From assembly GCF_009914755.1 (NCBI RefSeq), contig NC_060937.1: a DNA stretch of 64,000 nucleotides, one strand, 5' to 3'. Made by a program: the position numbers and the translations under genes. The first letter of the stretch is position 1, and each line of letters begins with the position of its first letter. Below are positions 52,801 through 64,000 of the stretch, one piece after another. The notes under the pieces are model-generated. The model searched no databases. It was not told where the DNA came from and saw only the letters and a program-made list of their open reading frames with translations. Source of the DNA: the human T2T-CHM13v2.0 reference genome, Homo sapiens.

Positions 52801-54230
52801 AAAAAAAGAAAGAAAGAAAAAAAGAGAGAGAGAGAGAAGGAAGGAAAGAAGGAAGAAACAAAGGTAGGAAGGAAGGAAGGAAGGAAGGAAGGAAAGGAAG
52901 GGAAGGGAAAGGAAGGGAGGGAGGGAGGAAGGAAGGAAAGAAGGGAGAGAGGAAAGGAAGGAAGGGAGGGAGGAAGGGAGGGAGGGAGGGAGGGAAGGAA
53001 GTAAGAAAGGAAAGAAGGAAGAAAGGAAGGGAGAGAGGGAGGGAGGAAAGGAAAGGAAAGGAAGAGAGGGAGGCAGGAAGAAAGGGAGGGAGGAAGGAAG
53101 GGAGAGAGGAAAGGAAGGGAGGGAGGAAGGAAGGAATGAAGGAAGGAAGGGAGGAAAGGAAGGGAGGGAGGCGGGAAGGGAGGTAGGAAGGAAGGAAGGG
53201 AGGGGAGGAAAGGAAGGAAGGGAGAGAGGAAGGGAGGAGGAAGGGAGGGAGGCAGGAAGGAAGGGAGGGAGGGAGGAAGGAAGGAAGGAAGGAACGAAGG
53301 GGTGAGGAAAGGAAGGAAGAGAGGGAGGAAGGGAGGAAGAAAGGAAGGAAGGAAAGAAGGAAGGAATGAAGAGGGGAGGAAAGGAAGGAAGGGAGGGAGG
53401 AAGGGAGGAGGGAGGAAGGGAGGAGGGAGGAAGGGAGGAGGGAGGAAGGGAGGGAGGGAAGGAGGGAAGGAAGGAAGAAAGGAAGGAAGAAACAAAGGAA
53501 GGAAGGAAGGAAAGAAGGAAGGAAGGAAAGGAAAGGAAGGGAAAGGAAGGGAGGGAGGGAGGGAGGAAGGAGGGAAAGAAGGGAGAGGGGAAATGAAGGA
53601 AGGGAGGGAGGGAGGGAAGGAGGAAAGGAAAGGAAAGGAAGGGCGGGAGGCAGGAAGGAAGGGATGGAGGAAGGAAGGAAGGGATGGAGGAAGGAAGGAA
53701 GGGAGGGAGGAAGGAAGGAAGGGAGGGAGGGAGGAAAGGAAGGGAGGGAGGAAGGAAGGAAGGAAGGAAGGAAGGGAGGAAAGGAAAGGAAGGGAGGGAG
53801 GAAGGAAGGAAGGAAGGAAGGAAGGGAGGAAAGGAAAGGAAGGGAGGGAGGAAGGAAGGAAGGAAGGGGGAGGAAAGGAAGGAAGGGATGGAGGAAGGGT
53901 GGAGGAAGGGAGGGAGGCAGGAAGGAAGGGATGGAGGGAGGAAGGAAGGAAGGGATGGAGGAAGGGTGGAGGAAGGGAGGGAGGCAGGAAGGAAGGGAGG
54001 GAGGGAGGAAGGAAGGAAGGAAGGAAGGAAGGAACGAAGGGGGAGGGAGGAAGGGAGGAGGACAGGAAGGAAGGAAGGAACGAAGGGGGAGGAAAGGAAG
54101 GGAGGGAGGAAGGGAGGAGGACAGGAAGGAAGGAAGGAACGAAGGGGGAGGAAAGGAAGGGAGGGAGGAAGGGAGGAGGGAGGAAGGGAGGGAGGGAAGG
54201 AAGGAAGGAGGGAAGGAAGGAAGGAAGGAA
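52791..54230 (+). repeat. About 1.4 kb compound polypurine repeat (GGAA/GGGA/GGAAA)
   Basis: Near-pure purine strand; source of the spurious low-complexity ORFs. Confidence 0.98.
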
Positions 54231-54460
54231 TTGAGGAAATTATGTATATGTGTTTCAAGAATTATTTGTTTGCCTGTTAATGCTCAAGTAATCAATATAA
54301 ATATTTGTTGTTGGTGTTTTTTAATAACTTGTACACATTTTAAAAGATGTTTGTTAATGTAGAAAGGATGATTTTATATATTCATCAATATGACAAAACT
54401 GTTTTATGTCATTTTAAGTATTTTAGCACTTCTTGCCCCTCTAGAAGTGCTGAGGCTTGT

Positions 54461-54582
54461 GCAGAGGTTGCAGTGAGCTGAGATCGTGCCAGTGCACTCC
54501 AGCCTGGGGTACAGGAGTGAAATTCTGTCTCAAAAAAAAAAAAAAAAAAAAAAAAGAAAGAAACAAAGAAATAAAGAAAAAA
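54461..54582 (+). mobile_element. 5'-truncated Alu right-arm fragment with poly(A)
   Basis: 'gcagaggttgcagtgagctgagatcgtgcc...tgtctcaaaa'. Confidence 0.9.
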
Positions 54583-54594
54583 GAGAGCATACGC

Positions 54595-55700
54595 TGCAAA
54601 ACCTGAGCTCTGTCTCACCAAAATGATCTAGCTATAGCCACTGCTGCGTGCATTATTCCAGAAAAGACCAGTGCAGATAATTTATTAGAACACCATTTTG
54701 TGGGGGAGATTATCTAGTCACCTGGGGGAAGTTCTGTGGGGTGGTAGTAAATCATCCTTCCCAGAATGCACACTTATTTTGGACATGCATTTTTCTTCTT
54801 TCCCTTAAGTGCCTCGGGTGGAAAACAGCACCACCTGAAGGCTTACAAAATACCTGAACCATCGCCAAGTATTGTTCTTCAGACCATTTTATAGCAAAGG
54901 AGATACCAAAATAAACTGATAATGATGCATTTCATTGGTCATATACGGGTGTGTTTATCTAGAAGCAGGCAGTCTGATTGTGTTATAAAATGCTGTTAAA
55001 CTGGCAAACATTCAGCTAAAATATGGAATGACATCTCTTAAATATGGGACATTGCCTCCAGGAATATGATGTGTAATGAAGCAAAAGCTGATATATGATG
55101 CTGTTTTCATTAGCTAAATACACAGGTCTGAGGATCAACACGTGAAAGTAGAAATCGGACTTTCCTCTTGCCATCAATAAAACATACCCCTTTTTGGACT
55201 AAACATCCCATATCTGCAAATCTAGACTTTGATACATTAGGGACCCACAGTGAAACACATTAAAGATCCCATTGTATTTAAGCCCTGAAAACGAGTTGGC
55301 CATTTTGGACAGTCATGAGAGTAAGCCAGCAAGCAATGAGAAAGTTACTATTTTGTGGCATTTGAGTTGTATTATACTGTGGTATTTGAACCTGATTATT
55401 GAAAAGATTTATATATGCTAGTAAACAGGTAGAGTATATGTGAACCTGGGGGATTAAATAGTGCTTAGTAGTCTGCACAAAATTACAGCTGTCAAAGAGA
55501 AATTCCATCAAACTAAGCCTAATGAGTGCAAAGCAACTAAAAATGCAGACCCTAAAGTTATGACAAAAGGACCAACATACCAGGCAAACAACCATGTTTA
55601 CAGAAGGGCTGAATGAGAGTCAGGCAATTCTACCAGAGTTCATGAAAAAGTTAAGGATGTCATGTTTAGACTCCAAACCAACTGCATGAACTAAGAATGT
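54595..55700 (+). mobile_element. Highly degraded ERVL-type internal fragment (integrase region)
   Basis: 'ctcaccaaaatgatctagctatagccactgctgcgtgc...agacca' parallels the ERVL integrase text at about 3280-3340. Confidence 0.55.
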
Positions 55701-56214
55701 GTCTTGATTCACAAAACTCTTGAAGACTTCTTAGGCCATTGTGACTGCATATAACTATGAAGAAGATTCTGTGACTATCTGGAGAACAATTAAGATAACT
55801 GATGTTCAATAATAGAGACCCAGTTTTGTAGTATTAGCAAGATACCTGATAGAAATATGCACAATTCTTTATGAAAAGATGTAAAATATTTGGCATAGAT
55901 TTACACACCTTCCCAAATTTACTCAGCCTTGCTTGTTACCTAGTTTTTGCATGATTTCCAGTAAACAGCCCAGCCTGTCATTCCTGTCATCTAATTTCCC
56001 GGCACTGCCAGATAGCTTGACTTTCCTGATGCAACACATCTCTGATCTAACCAGACCCATGGACACTTTGGTTCAGCTACTGCTTCTGAACTTAGAGGTA
56101 GCTCTGTTCTGTTGGGTGTGGGATTTGGCTTCTGTAGTGGCTGCCCAGGTGCACAAGGTGCTAGAATGTGAAAGGGCTGGAATGTAAATTCCCTTTTCCT
56201 TTCTCACTCTGATG

Positions 56215-56990
56215 GACTGTGAGATTTCTTTATACATATATTCTGAATACTAGACTTATCAGCTACATGACTTGAAAATATTTTCCCTGTTCTGTAGGTT
56301 GTCTTTTTGCTTTTTGGATAACGTCTTTGATCGAAAAAGTATCTCATTGATGAACCCCAACTTTTCTAGGCTTTGGTTGTTTTATTTGTGTTGTTGGTAT
56401 CATATTTACAATTCATTGCCAAAAGCAATGGCATGCATATTTACTTCTATGTTTTCTCTAAGAATTTTCAGTTTTAGAACTTCCAGTACAACATTGAGTA
56501 GAGGTGGTGAAAGTGAGCATTCTTGTCTCATTTCTGACTGTTAGGGGAAAACTTTAAGTCTTTCACCATTAAATATGATATTAACTGTTGGCTTTTCAAA
56601 AATACTCTTTATCATTTGATAAATTGCCTTTATTCATAGTTTTCTGTTTTATCATGATAGTTTATTAGATGTTGTTAAGTACTTTTTCTGCATCAATTAA
56701 AAAAATCATGTGATCTTCTTTTTTCCGTCATTATACTAATGTGGTATTTTACATCGACTGTTTACTTATTTTTAACCACCCTTGCATTCTTGGTATCAAT
56801 CTAACATAATCATGGTACACAACTATTTTTATATGTTGTTGGATTGAGATTCTAGTATTTCGTTCAAAAGTTTTGCATCTACAGTCACAGGGATATTAGT
56901 CTGTAGTTTCATTTTTCAATGAAATCTTTGTCTGGCTTGATAGCATGGTAAAACTGGCCACATGGCAAAAGTTAGAAAGTGCACCCTTCT
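56215..56990 (-). mobile_element. Old L1 ORF2 fragments
   Basis: 'tagaacttccagtacaacattgagtagaggtggtgaaagtgagcattcttgtct', 'tctttcaccattaaatatgat'. Confidence 0.8.
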
Positions 56991-58339
56991 GCTTGCCTGG
57001 GACCTGGATTTTCTTATCCATCAGAGCTCTCTATCCAGTTTCAACTACTTTTGGTGATTAAAAAATACACTTTTACTTTAACAACTTTATTTTACAATCT
57101 CTTTACTGAAGTGGTTTAAGCTCTGCTCTAAATAAATACAAGAATCATCAGTATATAATTACCATTTAAAATGCAACAGAATAAATCAATTAAGAACACA
57201 GTTTAGATGAAGAACAAAAGGAACAGAATAGGGCCTTAGGTTATTCCATGATTGGGAGTTAGAAGAAAATTAAAAGAGAAGTAATACATGCAATTTCCTG
57301 AGAGACAGAAAAAAGTTACAAAAATTGAGTGTTTTACTCTGTCAGTACTGATGGGAGATCAAGAAATGTAAGAACAGAAAAGTAAAAAATAAATTTGTCC
57401 AGAATGGTGGTTCTCAACAAAAGGCACCAGTCTCCCGGGACTATCTAAATATACAAGCAGTCTTTTGCACCTTTGTGGTGGTTGTACTCATTGTCATAAT
57501 AGCTTGTGGTGTAAATGAAAATGGTGTTCACACTGAAATGTACTAAGTTAAATGTAGTTATTATCTCCTAATTTCTATTTAGAAATAGGAATGTCCCATG
57601 ACTTTCCTGTTTAATAAAGTAGAAAAATATTGTATCAATTTACATCAAAAATAAGATTTCATATAAGTGATTAACTGCTCTTTTCCATAGCCGTAGGGTG
57701 ATCTGAAATCTATAGAAAAACTTTTATGAATTCAGCAGCATGGACTCATTAATTTTATACATTTTTGCTTATATACAATTCAAGAAAAGATATTGAATAA
57801 AAAAGTATCTATTAATTTTCATGTGGCCATATAAAATTAATTTAATTAGGAAATTATCCAAGAGACATTTGCTTCTATTATAACAATATTTAATTTGCTG
57901 TGCTTTTAAAAAGTGACATCATCATCATCATCATCATAATCTTGACCACCATCTTGTGTAATCCATGGGCTTAATCATAAACAGTAGTTATAACAAAGGA
58001 CAAAAGCAGGCTCTAGGTTGGGCACTATACTTAGCAATGGGTCTGGCCTCAATAAAGTCAATCATAAAATGTGAAGACTGTGACAAACTCAAGATCAATA
58101 GGGATAGCTGTAATACACTAAGAGATGCTATGTAATCATCCTAGAGATAGAAAGTGGTATAGCAGTTGTGATATAAATAGGGTTACTGCCATGGATTTTG
58201 GCCATTTTACTTACAACATGGCTTTTTATTAGTGGCATTTTATAGACCCCTCAATACACCACAGTTTATCTTCCTTATTTGTGAAGTAATGTTTGTGTAT
58301 TCACTTACTCACTAAAATTTGTGAACCTCATATCTCTTT

Positions 58340-58920
<581 letters not shown>

Positions 58921-61900
58921 TTCTCTTTTTTCAAATAGAGAAATTAGACTCTACAGGAAAGGGTTGTTTTTAGGACAAGGTTATAATCTATGTGAGTTAT
59001 TTAAATATTTGTATGTATATATGTGTGTATATATTTCCTCTAGGAGCAAGAGTTTAGTATTTTTTATTTAAGTGTTTGTGGTAACTGTATAGAACATTAT
59101 TATAGAACATTACTATTGTGAATAATGAGAATCAACTACCTTAGTTTCATGCATCTTTAGCAAATGAGTAACTGTTATATACAGGGGTGGCATATTTTGC
59201 AGAAGGATTCTGAGACTCAATAAAATTTGAAAAGATATTTAACATTAATGAATTAAGGTGTTATAGGGTAGAAAACAAATGGCCCTATGGAGACAATCAA
59301 ATTAGAAAAAAATCAAACACAGTCGTAGCTTTTGGGAATAATGGATATGTGCTTCATTTTGATGGTGGAAATAATTTTATAGTTTTATACATATGCCAAA
59401 AACACAAAATTGTACACTTTAAATTATAGCTTAAGAAATCTGCTTTTACAATGTGTTCATAAATCAGGAATAAATGTAAAAGGACAAATGGCATGAATGG
59501 GGGCATTTTGGAAGCAATATAAAATTAATTTCAATTAGCTGGTTGAAAATATCAAGTAAAAATTATATCACTTATGATGATGAATCATTTTGCTTTGCTC
59601 TCATGTTTACATAAAGATCTATCTCTTTACTACTTAGGATGGAGCAATGCTCTGGTAGCATTTTTCGGTACCGCTCACCAATCTGCTCACCATAAAATCT
59701 TCACAAAAGACAAGTGATAAATACAGTTGGAGAAACTAATGAGAAAACAATATCAACTTGTCACATTTCTAAAAGGAGTATTTTTTTGAGATGGTCTACA
59801 ATTTATAAATTGCTCTTCTCAACACCAAAGGCCACTGTTTCCTGCTGGATCATGAACGGTACTTGATGATGATGAAAACGAAGTGATTTTCCTATTCCTT
59901 TTTTGCCATCATGGAGTGGGGTAAGTTCAACAAGCCTCTCTTCTTCCTGAGGAAGACCCTTCAATTTTGAATCTTTTCAAGTATGAATTGCTAGGCAGTA
60001 AGTGTAATTTTGACCTCAATTCTAAATTTGCTAGGGATATGGAAGGCTATAACATTTTCTCCAATTTAGAACCCAACAAAGTAAAAATCCGTGAAGGCAA
60101 TGAATATCACCCAGAGCCTCCAAGAACTGTGATCAGACAATGTTTCTTAGAATGTGAGAAGCAAGTAAGTGGGATAACTGCCAAGTTGGGTTAGACCATA
60201 CAAGCCAAAATAGTGATCCTTTAAAAAAACAGCAATAACAAACACATAGCTTATTTTTAATGACCCAATGAGGTTGCTTTTCTATTCTATCCCTTCATCC
60301 TGTCCTTGTTGATATAGCTATGATTTTTCATGAAAGTTCATTGTCAGTGGCTGTGTGCTGTAGAAGAAAGACCCTTTTTTAAGATCAAGATTGCAAAATA
60401 ATTTGCTTAGGACAATGATGATTTTTCTGTTCCTTTGTTATTTTATTTTTCTCCCCACGTCAGTGACCCTTCTTGCTAAAAACCTGAAAGTATAATGGAA
60501 GAGTCCTAGAAAATTACTTATTTCTTTGCTGATAAAAAAGTAGAACTCACCAGGAATATCCTCTTCTCTTTCTTAGATATTTTCATATTTTCACATTTTC
60601 ACTATGCCCAAAATATGCATGCTACCATATTAAAAACAGACTGGAAGGGCATTCTGAGGATTGCGCAGCAAAGTGATAAAGAAAGAAGGTTGAAATGTTG
60701 CTGTTTTTCTAAGTTATCCAAACTTGGACTGACCCTATTTCCATAAAACTTGTTACTTGAATAAATGACTATCTTATTGGCAAGCTACTTTTTAGTTGTT
60801 TTTTAGTAAATTTTCAGCTTTACAGTCCTAACAGATATAATGATGTGTGGCTTAATATGCATAATGATGTACTGCTGTTTAAGTATCAGTAGCTGAACAA
60901 TTGACATAATTATCATTAGCTGAAAAGTATTTGCTCTGCTTCTACACATGTATGGCAAATGCTGAGAAATAAAAAAGGGAATTAACTACATATGAGTGAT
61001 GTGTAACTAAACCAGCATATAAGACATACAGACAAATGTGCAGAATTAGAAAATTTAAACATATCGGAAACTTCTTCAATAATACATTATCTGTAAAATA
61101 TTATAGATTACTGGGTAACACGTCATAAGCCAGTTTCTTAAGGAATTATCCTAACCTGTGAAATATAATTGGATAAACAATAATTTGCATCCCCTTATTT
61201 GAAAAGACTTTAATATTTACAAAAATTATGCAAATTGTTTCATAAAGTTGCAGAAATATGGATGCTCCATATCTACAACTTTATACATCTAAAGCAAAAT
61301 TTATTCATTATTTTATTTACTTTATATGTATAGCATTCCCAATGACTAATACATTCCTTTTGGGGGTATGAGAAATAACACTATGAGAACAACAAATGTG
61401 ATTTTGCACGTATTTTTTCATTGACATTGGGAGGGCCTGGCAATTCTTGAACGTGCTGTGGGCATAGGGCAAAATCACAGAATATAAAGCTGTGATTTAT
61501 ATTCCAAAAAGGAAATTTATATTCTAAAAGAGAAAATTAAGGACAGGAAAGAAGGCCATCTTTCTGACTCAATAAGCTTATTTTTATATTAATTTTCTAT
61601 TCATATTTGAATTAGGTACTGGCATTTATTCATTTCCTGGTATGTCCTAGCTGTTTATTTTTTAAACTCTCTGAATTTCTTGCAAATCAAATATTTGTTT
61701 CTATTTTAAAAGTAGGCAGACTTTTCTCCTACTTTTAAATTTTTATCATATTTGTATAAAAGTAATTAATATTTATAACCCAAATCACATACTTTTTATG
61801 AGGACCATTTTGATGATAACAACATTTGATACATTATATAATGTATTCTGCAGCGATATTTCTTAATTACTTAATTGGCTTTTGTGACCTCTAGTCTTAA

Positions 61901-63351
61901 TCTGCATGCCTTTTGAATCTGACTCATAAATATTTTATGACACTCATTAACATTTAAGACTTTTTGCAATTATGGCTCTTAATAATTAATTTTCCTCTTT
62001 TTGTGTAGGGTTTTTTGTGAAGGGTTTTTTGTGATTTTTTTTGATCTGTTCATATAAGAGATGGGCTGCTAGTTGATATCCTTTTTAAAATTTAATTGAG
62101 AAAATTAAATTAGTACAACCTTGATTTTTATATTTTTCTAGTCCTATTACATTACTTATTAGAGCCAAAAAAGTTAGTAATTTGTCCAAACATGCAGAAA
62201 ATTGCACACATCACACACATGCATGTACACACACACACATAAACTCTGCACCATTCTCTCCCAGGTAGTTCAAGACAACACTTCACCCCAGGCCATGTTC
62301 CCAGTTTCATAATTTGAACAGATTGGCATGCTTTTTCTTATAGAAGAAACATTATTCCCATTAAGCTTAATATTCATGTTTGTTTCCAACACCTTAAAAA
62401 GCTAGTCCTCCCATACCACCACGATGACAATGATTCCCATGCCCATATTACTGTGTTATTACTAATGTCATGGAATTCCCCCATCTTCACAGCTCTGTAT
62501 AACATTACATTTACGGTTAGTAAAATTCCTCATGTCTTAAACCATTTCCATAATGTTCCTTTAAGTTTCTTCTTGTCTTTATCTAATGTTTAGATGAGAT
62601 ATTTAAAGTAAAATATAAAAGTGATATTTAAGAGATTAATCCTTGAGAAGATAAAAGATGACCAGGTTCCAGGATAAAGAAAGAATAGACTGTAATTTGA
62701 TAAAGGTAGAAGCTTTAATAGAACAAAATATCCATTTAATAAATAAATATAAATGAATAAATATCAATTTAGTAGAAGGAAATTAGATAAAATATCCATG
62801 ACAACACTGTAATAGAAATTTTTCAAGCAGAGAGTATTTTATCTCCCCCATTATCCATACCTTAGGTATGGTAGCCTAAAAGGAGAGCTCTCCTTTTCTC
62901 TATCCAGAACACTAGATTTCCTTCTCAATTTACAAGGTTGAGTTTCATCGAAGAGGACTCCATACTGTATGGCTATGGTATTACCATGCCTTCTCACTTT
63001 CAATTACTGAGTTTTCAATCACATCCCCTCACATTATGGAATTTACTATATGGATTAATGTCTTTACACACGTTAACTTGTGATATGTTTTACCATAGCA
63101 TCTATTATCACCATTTTAGATGACTAATCAACAGATACATTTGCCAAATTCTTAACCCCAACTCACGAAAACATTTTCTTCCATTATTCTTCATTACCCC
63201 ACATCACTGATTATTTCTTGAACATTTTATTACTGATTACAGAATTATATATGAAGTGCTGATTGAAACTACCACCCTTTTTGTGCCTAACATTTTCTAT
63301 CTTTGCTTCTTACTCACTAATTTTTTTAATTATGTGGAAATTTCCAGTTCA

Positions 63352-64000
63352 TTTTTTCTTTTTTTTAAATTATACTTTAAGTTATAGGGTACATGTGCAC
63401 AACGTGCATGTTTGTTACATATGTATATATGTGCTGTGTTAGTTTGCTGCACCCATTAACTCATCATTTACATTAGATATACCTCCTAATGCTATCCCTC
63501 CGTGCTCCCCACACTCCGTGATAGGCCCCAGTGTGTGATGTTCCCTACCCTGTGTCCAAGTGTTCTCATTGTTCAATTCCCACCTATGAGTGAGAACATG
63601 CGGTATTTGGTTTTTTGTTCTTGTGATTTATATTCCTTTGGGTATATACCCAGTAATGGGATGGCTGGGTCAAATGGTATTTCTAGTTCTAGATCCTTGA
63701 GGAATCGCCACACTGTCTTCCACAATGGTTGAACTAGTTTACACTCCCACCATCAGTGTAAAAGTGTTCCTATTTCTCCACATCCTCTCCAGCACCTGTT
63801 GTTTCCTGACTTTTTAATGATCGCCATTCTAACTGCTGTGAGATGGTATCTCACTGTGGTTTTGATTTACATTTCTCTGATGGCCAGTGATGGTGAGCAT
63901 TTTTTTCATGTGTCTGTTGGCTGCATAAATGTCTTCTTTTGAGAAGTGTCTGTTCATATTCTTCTCCCACTTTTTGATGGAGTTGTTTGATTTTTTTCTT
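63352..64000 (-). mobile_element. Younger L1PA (PA4/PA5-like) 3' end, continuing past the window
   Basis: 'ttatactttaagtt.tagggtacatgtgcacaacgtgca', 'cccacctatgagtgagaacatgcgg', 'gaggaatcgccacactgtcttccacaatggttgaac'. Confidence 0.95.

Noticed and set aside
52614-54362. Long ORFs of 190-489 aa on both strands
   Set aside because: Translations of the GGAA/GGGA repeat, which lacks stop codons by composition.

Overview
AT-rich, gene-poor primate (most likely human) genomic DNA made almost entirely of interspersed repeats: Alu, L1, L2, MIR, ERV1/ERVL/MaLR LTRs and DNA transposons (Tigger3, MER1A, MER2, MADE1). I find no intact protein-coding gene or RNA gene. The one gene-derived feature is a full-length, intronless, disabled processed pseudogene of glycogenin-1 (GYG1) at about 29.5-31.3 kb, flanked by a candidate target-site duplication (TSD). 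Other landmarks are a degraded ERVL pol/dUTPase segment (2.5-5.4 kb), a 10 kb nest of five retroelements in two three-deep stacks including a full-length old L1PA and a two-LTR THE1 element (11.1-21.4 kb), and a 1.4 kb polypurine (GGAA/GGGA) tract (52.8-54.2 kb). I cannot support a new gene system here. The most interesting signals are small rearrangement scars: a 43-bp minisatellite apparently built from local sequence inside one THE1 LTR, and three local duplications that include retroelement ends. Repeat subfamily names come from recalled consensus sequences and need RepeatMasker/Dfam confirmation.
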